The notes beneath the pieces were generated by a model. The model saw only the letters and a list, made by a program, of their open reading frames with translations. It made no database searches and was not told the DNA's origin. This document shows positions 30,901-37,594 of a DNA stretch of 38,068 bases, piece after piece; position 1 is the first letter of the stretch; every line of letters starts with the position of its first letter. The stretch spans positions 1-38,068 of the IMG/VR virus record IMGVR_UViG_3300033434_000387; one strand, 5' to 3'. A program made the position numbers and the translations under genes. The DNA is from a virus (Duplodnaviria; Caudoviricetes).

Positions 30901-32756
30901 ATTCTGGTAATACCATGCGGGAAGCGATTCAAAAAGCTAATAAGATTGCAGCGGCTAACCCGGATATGGATATTGTGATTCAACCGAAACAGTTTAAGTT
31001 TCCGGGAGAAGAAATGCAGGCTGCGGTTGTCGGTGATTATCAATATTTTAAGATGCAGCAAAAAATAGCAGAGGATTTGCAAATTAGTTTATTCGATGCC
31101 AAACAGTTTATGGATGGCAAGGTAAGTATGAAAGGTCGCCATAGGTTCATGGGTAACTTCCTACAACGTAAAGGTGCGGAAGGTTATGAAAAGAACCTTG
31201 ATTGGGTACTGTCACATTACTTCAATATGGTTGGCCGTTATGTGGCAATGGACCCATTTAAATCAAAGGCTATCAGTACCTATGAACGTTTATTTGGACG
31301 GTGGGACAGTGCAAGCCATGAAGGTGAAGGTGCCTACGTCAAAGATTACATTAACGATGTTAATGGGGTGCCAACTAACATTGAAAAAGCGTTGAATGAT
31401 GCACTAGACTTAAACCCTATCTTTAAAAAGTATCTAAGTGCTTATTTGGGAGATCGGCCAGCTCTCCAGCTTGTCTCAGGACTAACCAATACAATTACGG
31501 GTTTGAAATTAGGTATGTTAAATGTGTCTTCGGCGCTACTTCAATTTGCTCAATTCAGCAATATAGGCGCAATACTAAATGACTATGGTGCCGCTTCAAA
31601 TGGTCTTACCCGATCAATAAGACCGAATTTAGCCGACCGTATCATCTTGCGAAAAGCCGGTGTAGATACAAATTTAACGTTGGCAAGCGGTAGTTATTCC
31701 CGAGCAAGTAATATGGGTAAGCTATTTAAGAACTCAACGATTCTATTTAACTACTTAGATATGTTAATGCGTCGGGCGGCAATATTGGGAGCCTATCACA
31801 AATCGATTAGTGAAGGCAAGAGTGAAGAAGAAGCCATGCAATATGCGAAGTTTGTAAACACTAAAGCTAACTTTGATTACAGCGTGGCCGATTCGCCAAA
31901 CCTATTCAGGCGTGGTGGTCCGGCGGCGCAACTTTTACTGCAATTTAAGAAATTTGGTCTTAAAGAAGTAGAGCTTATGGGCGACTTGCTACGTGAAGGT
32001 AGCGTAGGACAAAACCTACGGCTATGGGTACCACTATTACTACTTTCTGGACTTTTTGCCGGACCTCCGTTTTTGAATACTTTTATTGAATTATTAAGTG
32101 GAATTTCCGGTGTTGATTTTGAGGAAAAGATAAAGAAAGTCATGTTTGCTTGGGCTGGTGAAGATAAGCTTCGTCTAAACCTTGTTAAAGCTGCAACATA
32201 TGGTGTGTTCGCTACTGAGTATACCGGCGGTGTGGATATTTCTAACCGTACTGGCCTTGCGGATATACTGCCAACGGAATTAAAAGATGCATTAGGACCA
32301 ACGATTGGTACATTTATATCGGTAATAAGAGAAGCATCTAAGGGTAATGTTAATGAAACGTTGAAGGCTATTTCTCCTGGCGTGGGGAATATTGCGCAGG
32401 CTATTACTGGTGAATCAAAAACTACTCGAGGACGGATAAATAATGTTTATGATACTATGTATGAGCGTGTCGCGAAGGGCTTGGGCTTCCGGCTGACGGA
32501 TGAAGCTGTGGCCTCTGATTTGCGCAATATTATTAGTACAGAGCAAAAAGAAAAACAAGCCGAAGATGCTGAGGCTATTGATAGCTATATTGATAATCCA
32601 TCCGATAAAAACCGAGGTAAGCTGGTGGAACGCAGTATTTCTGGTAAGCGGGTAAATGCGGAAATGCAAAAGAAGAGTAAAACTGGCTTAGAACGGAGCC
32701 TACAAAATATATCTAAAGGCCAACGGGGCGAGTATGAGTATATGATGCTGCCTTAA
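21978..32756 (+). CDS. Giant polyvalent ejection protein (~3590 aa): Gly/Ala membrane region, lysozyme-like transglycosylase, amino-MTase, Strawberry-notch SF2 helicase and internal-virion-type C-terminus
   Basis: GTG 21978 after AGGAGG; ESGGNY...GA.GKFQIMP (~23270); QFSTPP, VLEPSAGIG, MNPPFSS (~25410-25700); IGDGTGVGKGR, FDEAH, YVSATGA, SEAGGTGQSFHA, QGFGRTHR (~26720-28310); GYIPHFF and ANFDYS...QFKKF in C-terminus. Confidence 0.88.
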   Translation: MADVDDILDSLPDNKKSQASAQDVLDSLPSYSAPYSGYLDAAWRNAKAGFGSVYGGIGRYAEVHAPEVANLVQDLNAAGLAYNNPIANSDKITQIVSTSPTDSDINAVKNVAKSVGDWGTDVADSNIPKDAKQYGDWDWLPFMSDYWTNPAGAAAATGQGVGSSAALIPIGLAIAPLLPEELPAAGAGLLGKGLTNIGLNKLGQKVASEAGQNMLKWGTAGAISKIPEAVSEGGNIVDDLRKQGYSDEQIKGIADKVVGKNIPLLMAEGALELTGLTGKLGKAVLSPTDSTLKSIGKNIVLNTATGMPTEWYTEGAQQAIQNEATGQRAPSGLGFANPLTWGPDEFGAAGAGAVSALGLGGIGGAYAGVVNKVVKAAEANNSKKVLDALPEAITTEQPEESAQNGSDLTPSVTEAAAPANNFETLVNAISGQESGGNYDAVNSRTGAAGKFQIMPGNWASWAQDAGLSPDAPMTAENQELVAKNKLRQYYDKYGARGAAIAWYGGEGALDYSDEAKNRKQGNGDEPSINEYADSIMSRMGNQGGSATGALDDIGDIKINTDDLTSIQLSDIKTWAEEKAETATDEKEINFLNEAVDNGRIKDIVEKYPVQIADLLRGDKATESAVDGEKTSTNAITPTSKENPATANPEQGDQSNSSDLIVQARNVAGTGDYTQAASLATQAGDNVLAEAYLLMAERYNNTTGNEATKTQVNPIPSIDNKPIGRPAITGNADVVRSDDGEEFPTRLEDNQAQVNKSNVQIIDNTEKNGIELKFDGKPNDEIRDKLKANGFRWNRGKKVWYARKSDKAVSVVNEIASLGLTNEQPQEQRDAGEPSTVDLLKMIQNGSFTPREFANQYGENAFNRLRQSKYIAAPGGKLILSDAGRQFVDVVGKATNKSSNEIEAENSPKNDYNEGDRVTWQDHNGNQLTGAVRSIDNNNGQPYMMVNTDQIATYGGGVPIGRIEMVRLSDKSLSKIEKPADEEQTKPDTNVDKQDGKINVTQLKLEEKPQQTELRRLPDQHQQSSQEKVASNPDANLTEYQQAVVKVADWVKVRLSVGEKFISQELFAIADKAFNGTQSNGKYTPKDAYDAMELGINKYLLEQGYVDPSKAHNAEEAIKAVEKIKKDILDKIPTQTKRTAEMDEFQQFSTPPTLAYVAAWVSNVSSNDIVLEPSAGIGGIATFAKLAGAKVNVNEYSDRRASIIKQLGFDKVFTENAEQLNNILPEDVKPTLVLMNPPFSSTAGRMQGKRQTKNATLHIEQALQRLEPGGRLVAIVGKGMADNAPSFKNWWKKIKSEYNVRANVGIDGQNYTKYGTSFDNNLFVIDKTGPTENTITGNFTGLDEVLTALEGVRDEFKGTRESNAIAQSVTTQPNSKVTTSESQSKARSDGRTGGIERVPANGLGVGNGRGTSEETGGYEQSARNGRKDNASSESSEINGLSNESGRGRRGEYDDQKLHENQQSGGSSGIFDTNVKTETGLSSGLKVEQIDNHNDSNKELTDSTFNDYQPQKLKILGAKPHPSPLVQSAAMAAVEPPAPTYSPKLPKEIISKGKLSIAQLEPVVYAGQSFEQTLPNDTRKGYFIGDGTGVGKGREISGIIMDSLNSGKKKAVWVSKNDPLFDDAVRDWTDIGGNSDQIFPIRKIKAGMDIPTRDGILFITYPTLANNLEANGNGEGVKEKVGKSSRLRQIVNWLGKDFDGVIAFDEAHMMANCLPMKGKRGNKKPSAQGLAGVEFQKRLPNARIIYVSATGATEVSNLGYATRLGLWGEGTAFSDVNDFVSQINSSGLAAMELIARDMKALGVYLARNLSYDGVTYGTLVHDLTTEQREIYDTMAQGWQIVLQNIHEALKTTGAISEDGKTKNPNAKKNALGQFWGSQQRFFNQILTSMQMPAVIDDVRKQIKAGNSIVMQLVNTNEAIQNRSLSNMEEDTALEDLDMTPRDILMQFLDKSFPVAQYEEFIDDEGNKRSRPVKDSQGNPVLNQAAVSMKEDLMNRLGSMKVPEGPLELIINTFGTKTVAEVTGRQRRVVREKDDSGHSVSKIEKRSKSHNKADVKAFLDDKKAILIFSEAGGTGQSFHAGANMKNQRRRIHYLIQPGWRADSAVQGFGRTHRSGEVSQPHYVLVTTNLKGQKRFISTIARRLDQLGALTKGQRDAANQGLFSAKDNLESEYAKDALQRFYENLMHNVYKDLNIHQLLIKMGLESLENNDDNINKRNVNVETMRDVPKFLNRILTLDSNEQNQVFDYFIDILDQIIDTHVANGTLDTGMETLRADGVQVKDEKTVYSSDSNNAETKYVELEAKYKNEFFSYEKAIRLRNFIGFYKNEKSGKIWAVRQGASRTNERGAVTNTYVLQSPSLNRYRSIDEQEFKRDGWKQLKEDQGKELWEQALLEEPKYRNETLHMITGAILPIWDRLPQGQARVIRVQADDGRVFLGRIIKERDIAATLKRLGTSKKYNFSTDDIKNKILNENNEVELANGWKLDRRRVSGENRIEIIGDNLWKYDSQFQEHGIIRERIQYNTRYFLPTGEEFKPSYEWLTKDRQVTDVVAPERSSSNKFNSGLDPTFGKLDNIDLAGEIKKAAGNIQDAMPGLIELGKRLVAEGYNKSGEWAKKMREYLGDVWGKVKNKIVDVWKQVKDTVANERGSFRLGTEATAADEEADNSISTKQVDTVDSSDIAEVNEKATLKLAQKMGIKPADNVAIRNKSTSNKIGLFSNALQSVNELVRQHQKLKPFFRLATIAMEKQESLRNEFRHRMDKWEYVLGRRELLKYKRLKNEPDYKENKLNLYKILLQGDIDGKDYTNNELREAGYSDKVIKAYRMVRVAMDKAYTLANDIRQGLEIKSENLNSYQLAKLKENRFITILKETPSNGDLTLVSYKTPKIREDTAVMSKQNFAEMRDNPNVQILSANPYGVTEHAMPESSGLTRGDGFYEVHYMSQTPPINKLGGYIPHFFHDWFIMKKITDGETGKTTYKMLDSGNTMREAIQKANKIAAANPDMDIVIQPKQFKFPGEEMQAAVVGDYQYFKMQQKIAEDLQISLFDAKQFMDGKVSMKGRHRFMGNFLQRKGAEGYEKNLDWVLSHYFNMVGRYVAMDPFKSKAISTYERLFGRWDSASHEGEGAYVKDYINDVNGVPTNIEKALNDALDLNPIFKKYLSAYLGDRPALQLVSGLTNTITGLKLGMLNVSSALLQFAQFSNIGAILNDYGAASNGLTRSIRPNLADRIILRKAGVDTNLTLASGSYSRASNMGKLFKNSTILFNYLDMLMRRAAILGAYHKSISEGKSEEEAMQYAKFVNTKANFDYSVADSPNLFRRGGPAAQLLLQFKKFGLKEVELMGDLLREGSVGQNLRLWVPLLLLSGLFAGPPFLNTFIELLSGISGVDFEEKIKKVMFAWAGEDKLRLNLVKAATYGVFATEYTGGVDISNRTGLADILPTELKDALGPTIGTFISVIREASKGNVNETLKAISPGVGNIAQAITGESKTTRGRINNVYDTMYERVAKGLGFRLTDEAVASDLRNIISTEQKEKQAEDAEAIDSYIDNPSDKNRGKLVERSISGKRVNAEMQKKSKTGLERSLQNISKGQRGEYEYMMLP
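26035..26427 (+). CDS. Nested +1-frame gene (130 aa, helical, unknown function) overprinted on the MTase-helicase linker
   Basis: GGAGGG at 26021-26026, 8 nt before ATG; globular L/M/E/K-rich sequence while the host frame is S/G/R/N-rich and disordered over the same span. Confidence 0.65.
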   Translation: MNLKERENQMQSLNQSPLNRIAKSLLAKAKVKLDQTDEQEALNVYRLMDWALETGEVRLRKPEDTNNLLEMVEKIMLRANPQKSMDFLTKVDEDDGESTMTRNCMRINNPVEAAEYLIQMLKLKLDCLPD

Positions 32757-32812
32757 ATTAGTAGATGATAAAAATAATGGCCTAGGGCAGACTATACGGT
32801 GAGGTGACGATA

Positions 32813-33007
32813 ATGACATATCGTAATGATGCTTCTTATCTGCGTTTTCCAAAGTCTATGAAGAAAAAAGCGGGAAGTAGTCTTTCTTTTGTCAATACTG
32901 AGATGAATAACCTGATTGAAGATAATAAGAAACAACCTCGTTTACAGGATGAATTAGCAGTTACTAAGTCGCAAAATGCTTTTGATGGTATTGAGATAGA
33001 CGAATGA
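32813..33007 (+). CDS. Small hypothetical protein, 64 aa
   Basis: GAGGTG SD before ATG 32813; followed by its own terminator. Confidence 0.55.
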   Translation: MTYRNDASYLRFPKSMKKKAGSSLSFVNTEMNNLIEDNKKQPRLQDELAVTKSQNAFDGIEIDE

Positions 33008-33043
33008 GAAAAAGGTAAAAATTGTCCAAGAGCCTACAGCCTG

Positions 33044-33072
33044 AAGAGAGTGCAGAAATTGCACTCTCTTTT
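33044..33072 (+). terminator. Intrinsic terminator
   Basis: Perfect 11-bp stem AAGAGAGTGCA-GAAAT-TGCACTCTCTT then TT. Confidence 0.75.
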
Positions 33073-33096
33073 GTGTTGAGGAAAGAAGAGGATATT

Positions 33097-33480
33097 TTGG
33101 AGATATTAGCTGGCAAAAATGGTGAATACCATTTCCGGATTAACCAGGGTGAGACATGGGTTCAGCCTATACAGTGGCTAAGCGCTGATCGTTCGCCAAA
33201 AAATTTAACCGGTTATACTATCCTTTGGCAAATAAGGCCATCAGCCAATAGCTCAACTATAACGGTTACTGGTGACTATGAAATCACTAATGCAAACAAA
33301 GGAATGTTCTCTTTAATTTTAACCGAAGACCAATCTAGTTCAATTCCAGCAAAAGGCCATGACTACTCTCAACTAACCAAATATGTGTATGACGTTTATC
33401 TGATAAGCCCTCAAGATGCATCAACTCGCATCCTGAACGGCTTTATTTATGTGTCGCCGGGGGTGAGTAAGGATGCCTAA
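33097..33480 (+). CDS. Tail spike adaptor, BppU-N-like Ig-fold protein
   Basis: Y.F.INQGETW...P.NLTGYT...QIR...A..G...L.LT..Q....YVYDV....RIL.G...VSPGVS; TTG start placed after the terminator (GAGGA SD). Confidence 0.7.
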   Translation: MEILAGKNGEYHFRINQGETWVQPIQWLSADRSPKNLTGYTILWQIRPSANSSTITVTGDYEITNANKGMFSLILTEDQSSSIPAKGHDYSQLTKYVYDVYLISPQDASTRILNGFIYVSPGVSKDA

Positions 33481-36400
33481 TGATATTATTGTTATTGAAC
33501 AAAAAGCGGATAGTCTTGTAATAATTGATCAAGGGTCTGATGCATTGGTTGCCCAGGCGGTAGCAAGCGCAAACACTGCTACTAAACAGGCTGCCATTGC
33601 TACAACAAAGGCAGGGGACGCAGCGGCCGGTGCTTCATCGGCGAAAGAAACATTAGCGACTATGGAATCGACCATAGAAAAAGCAGTAACCGAAGCAACG
33701 TTGGATGCTAAAACTAGTGCTAATGATGCAGCGACAAGTGAGGCGAACGCCAAGACATATGCCGAATCAGCCGAAAGTAGTGCAGAAGAAATACCTGATA
33801 TTAATGTAGAAGCCACTGGCTATGGCATAATATCTGGCGGCGAAGTAACCTTTTCGGGACTGACATATTCGACTGATACATGTGTGGTGCATATGCCTAG
33901 CGGTAAACGCTATTCAATTGCTGCAGTAACCGATCAGGCCATTGCTGCCGCCGACACGATAAACCCTAGAATAGACTTGATCTATATATCATCATCCGGT
34001 GTAATAACTTATGAAGCTGGAACAGCGGCAAGTTCGCCAGCAGCGCCAACAATACCAGATGGGGCGTTATCGCTAAAAACATTCACAGTATCCACTAATG
34101 CAACGGCGATAAGCGATTATGCCGATACGCGAACGATGAAGGTTAATTTGCAGTCCCTAACTGATTACACGGGTACCGCTAAATTAGCCGATATTAAAAC
34201 CCTTGGCCCGTGGGCGGATATCCGGGCTTATGGGGCGGCTGGTGACGGGACAACCGATGACTTGAACGCATATAAAGCTTTACGGACAGCGGCTTTGGCG
34301 GTGGCAGACGATGTATTATCTACTGCAACCTGGACGCAAGCGACGATAAGCACAGTAATTGGTAGCACGGTTACAATAAAAACAAGTACGACAAGGTTAT
34401 ATACTAAGGTCGATTTGTCTCCAAGTACAACTTATATAACAAGCATTGATGCAGGGTATATGCTGATTGTAGAAATAAACTCATCTGGTATCTGTACTGA
34501 GATTCATTCGTTTAGTTCCAGCGCAATTACCTTCACCACAAAAAATACGACAGCCCAGGCGGTTGTTGTGATAAAAGTCGATGATACAACAACGATAACC
34601 GCGTCAACTTCAGTAAATCCAGTTATTAAAGCACCTAATGTTGTTGCTTACTTACCTGGTCCGGCAACTTATTACTTTGCCGGAACCAGGCCGGATTTAA
34701 CCGGGTGTCATATCTATGCCGACCATGATGTTGTAATTCAGGTTGATGAAAATCCAAATATGAAAGATATGCATTTTCTAACCCCTATAGCCATCTATAA
34801 TTCTGGGCATGGAACGACATTTACTAAACCGGCCAATGTAAACGTACCGTGGGAGTTATATAATCTAGGAACAGCAGCCAGTTTTATCGATGAACAAGAA
34901 TTTAGCTGTATCGATATGAAGACCTTAACGACAGCAGCGATTACCTCGGTGAATACCTACGGAGATTTTACCGGCACTGTTGCCGTGAATCAAATAGCCT
35001 GGTCAACGGCATTTAGTTCCGGCCAGGAAGGTGTATTTTTCACCCCGGAAGTCGGCAACTCTTATGAAGTTACTTTCTCCGCCGGTACGGTAAACTCAAC
35101 AGGGTTTGTATCGGCGATTATTCTAACCGCGACTCAGCGTTACGATTTTGCGTTATATGGTAATACCGCTAAGCTAACATTGGTGTTTCAGTCTAGTGAC
35201 AGTAGCGAAAGTGACATAGCAACAACTTCGTACACGCTGCCAAATGGCTATGCTTATGCGATATATTCTTCTGGTTCGGTATCAATGAAATTAAGGTTTG
35301 TGGATATAGATACGGTAGAAGTTTATGTGAATGAATATAAAGTGGGATGTTTTTACCTCTCATCTGAGATAACTACCGCCGGATTTGCGGTTAGTTACCA
35401 TATAGCTGATGTGGTTACGATCAATAATTTTATCAAGTACACTAAAGATAATTTTCAAGCAGCCAATCCGCTGAGTATCGGCATTGTGGGTGACAGTATC
35501 AGCTATGGGGCGTGGTCCACGATTCCCTATGATGTCATGCTGAAAGCAATTGCCCAGAACATGCCGGGGATCGGAAAAGTTTCAGTAACTAATTACGCGA
35601 TTAGCAGTACTTCGGCGGTTAGTTGGTCGGTAAGTATTGAAAATTATGAGTTTAGTTCGCATGACTATGTGTTTGTTATGCTGGGAACGAATGATGTTCA
35701 AGGGGTGGCGAGTGATTCAACCTTTGAAACCGATTTAACCGCAATTGCGGCTAAAATCGTAGCGGATGGCGCGGTACCGATTATCGGGGTTTTCCCGGTC
35801 TATACCGAGGCGGCAGTATCCGGCGTTACCGGGGTGACAACAACCTACTATACCCAAGGAGCATTAAAACGCAGTATTATTAAACGGCTGTGTGCCGCCA
35901 ACGGTTATGAGATGGCTGATGTACAGGACTGTTTCGGGAGTAATCTTGGCTGGTACAATGATAACGTTCATCCGACGGCAGAAGGCTTAGTGTCAGTGGC
36001 CAAAGCCTTTGCTTATGCCCTATGCCGGGCTGAACGGCCCAAACCGGTAAAAGTAAGCTCGTTGAATGCATTAACTGTCAGCGGCAATACAGCCTTGGGA
36101 GGGACGCTGGCAGTAGCGGGGGCAACGGCGCTTGCTTCTACTCTGTCCGTGACAGGGGGTACTACTTTATCTGGCAGTTTAGCGCCGGATGGTGGGATTT
36201 CTAGTGATGCTTATAGTAGTACTAAAATCGGCACCAATGCGTTAGCGACATCGACGGGCTACTATAACGCCGGTGTTGGCCACGGTGCTTTAAGTGAGAA
36301 TACTACAGGGGAATCCAGTGTGGCGGTAGGCTACCAGGCCTTGTATAGCAATACTACTGGGAGCTACAACACCGGGGTGGGAAGAAGGGCCGCTTACGCT

Positions 36401-37273
36401 AATATTGCCGGCAGCTATAATACGGCTATCGGCAGCGGGGCGTTAGCCAGTGATTTGCGGAACTATAATACGGCGGTTGGCTATCAAGCTCAGGCCAATG
36501 TAGTGTCTGCTTCTGGATACAATACGGCCCTTGGTTACCAAGCGCTACTGGGGAATAGTGATTTAACTTCCAGCACCGGGAGTTATAACACGGCTATTGG
36601 TATAAGCAGCTTGGTAGCAGACACAACTGGCTCGTTTAATACCGCTTTAGGATATTTGGCGGGAAAAGCCGTCACTACCGGAACCTATAATACGGCAATT
36701 GGCTGTAATGCCGGGCCGTCAATAGCGACCTATACCAATTGCACCGCCTTGGGTTATAGCGCAGATATTACTGCATCTAATCAGGTTCAATTAGGAAATT
36801 CCGCCACCACCGTTTACTATTATTCGATTGCATCCCGTTCCGATCAGCGGGATAAAACAGATATTGCCGATACCTCGTTAGGGCTGGCGTTTATCAATAA
36901 ATTAACCCCTCGCCAATTTCGCTGGAATTACCGGGATGATTATACAACCTACACCGAGAAAGTGAATGATGATGGCACGACAACAACCACCGTTAATACC
37001 GCAGATAATGATGGCTCTAAAACCCGGACACGTTATCATCAAGGGATAATAGCCCAGGAGCTAAAGACAGTTATGGACGACCTAGGTATTGATTTTGCTG
37101 GGTATCAAGACCACACGGTTTGCGGCGGCAAGGATGTTTTGACAATCAACTACATGGAACTAATCGGGCCGATGATTAAGGCTATTCAGGAATTAAGTGC
37201 AACGGTTACAGTCCAGGCGGCTACGATAGAAACTTTGCAAACTATAGTGAACAGTTTGGCAACTACTAGTTAA
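33473..37273 (+). CDS. Tail spike/fibre: Ala-rich stalk, pectate-lyase-like start, SGNH esterase, YadA-like repeats and peptidase S74 chaperone
   Basis: DIRAYGAAGDGTTDD; VGDSIS, LGTND, DNVHP; repeated NTAIG/NTALG..AL..TTG; SDQRDKTDI...GIIAQE...IKAIQEL. Confidence 0.88.
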   Translation: MPNDIIVIEQKADSLVIIDQGSDALVAQAVASANTATKQAAIATTKAGDAAAGASSAKETLATMESTIEKAVTEATLDAKTSANDAATSEANAKTYAESAESSAEEIPDINVEATGYGIISGGEVTFSGLTYSTDTCVVHMPSGKRYSIAAVTDQAIAAADTINPRIDLIYISSSGVITYEAGTAASSPAAPTIPDGALSLKTFTVSTNATAISDYADTRTMKVNLQSLTDYTGTAKLADIKTLGPWADIRAYGAAGDGTTDDLNAYKALRTAALAVADDVLSTATWTQATISTVIGSTVTIKTSTTRLYTKVDLSPSTTYITSIDAGYMLIVEINSSGICTEIHSFSSSAITFTTKNTTAQAVVVIKVDDTTTITASTSVNPVIKAPNVVAYLPGPATYYFAGTRPDLTGCHIYADHDVVIQVDENPNMKDMHFLTPIAIYNSGHGTTFTKPANVNVPWELYNLGTAASFIDEQEFSCIDMKTLTTAAITSVNTYGDFTGTVAVNQIAWSTAFSSGQEGVFFTPEVGNSYEVTFSAGTVNSTGFVSAIILTATQRYDFALYGNTAKLTLVFQSSDSSESDIATTSYTLPNGYAYAIYSSGSVSMKLRFVDIDTVEVYVNEYKVGCFYLSSEITTAGFAVSYHIADVVTINNFIKYTKDNFQAANPLSIGIVGDSISYGAWSTIPYDVMLKAIAQNMPGIGKVSVTNYAISSTSAVSWSVSIENYEFSSHDYVFVMLGTNDVQGVASDSTFETDLTAIAAKIVADGAVPIIGVFPVYTEAAVSGVTGVTTTYYTQGALKRSIIKRLCAANGYEMADVQDCFGSNLGWYNDNVHPTAEGLVSVAKAFAYALCRAERPKPVKVSSLNALTVSGNTALGGTLAVAGATALASTLSVTGGTTLSGSLAPDGGISSDAYSSTKIGTNALATSTGYYNAGVGHGALSENTTGESSVAVGYQALYSNTTGSYNTGVGRRAAYANIAGSYNTAIGSGALASDLRNYNTAVGYQAQANVVSASGYNTALGYQALLGNSDLTSSTGSYNTAIGISSLVADTTGSFNTALGYLAGKAVTTGTYNTAIGCNAGPSIATYTNCTALGYSADITASNQVQLGNSATTVYYYSIASRSDQRDKTDIADTSLGLAFINKLTPRQFRWNYRDDYTTYTEKVNDDGTTTTTVNTADNDGSKTRTRYHQGIIAQELKTVMDDLGIDFAGYQDHTVCGGKDVLTINYMELIGPMIKAIQELSATVTVQAATIETLQTIVNSLATTS

Positions 37274-37313
37274 GATACAATAAACCGCTATATTTGTATT
37301 GGGAGGGGATGGC

Positions 37314-37496
37314 ATGACCCAGGATACTTGTATGGAACACTCCGGTTGCGAAGCCAGAATAGGACAGTTAGAAAAAAGCAATGCTGATATTTCTAAAAGG
37401 CTTCATGAAGTAGAAATGGCTGTATGGAAAGCCGCTGGAACAAGCGGAGGGGTAACTGCTGTTTTGGTAGTGGTTCTGGAAAAAATGCTGAAATGA
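37314..37496 (+). CDS. Putative holin (XhlA-like, coiled coil plus C-terminal TM)
   Basis: C.EHSG..ARI..LE coiled coil then hydrophobic tail; directly before endolysin; GGAGGGG SD. Confidence 0.6.
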   Translation: MTQDTCMEHSGCEARIGQLEKSNADISKRLHEVEMAVWKAAGTSGGVTAVLVVVLEKMLK

Positions 37497-37551
37497 TACG
37501 AAGATGACACTTTCAGTGAAGTTTTAGATGATAATATTTAAATTAAAGAGT

Positions 37552-37574
37552 ACTGCCGTTTGGGCGGTTTTTTT
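37552..37574 (+). terminator. Terminator-like hairpin between holin and endolysin
   Basis: ACTGCC-GTTTG-GGCGGT plus T run. Confidence 0.5.
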
Positions 37575-37594
37575 ATTGAAAGGGGTGATTTTAT

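Noticed and set aside
26665-31395. Other +1-frame ORFs in the giant gene (26665..26847, 31174..31395)
   Set aside because: Short, no SD, and they overlap conserved folded domains rather than a linker
33022-33096. ORF-track start of the spike adaptor gene
   Set aside because: Spans a perfect terminator hairpin; family-like sequence begins near TTG 33097
36240-36770. Repeats as a CRISPR array or DGR variable region
   Set aside because: Degenerate coding YadA-like repeats; no identical repeat-spacer pattern, reverse transcriptase or template repeat seen
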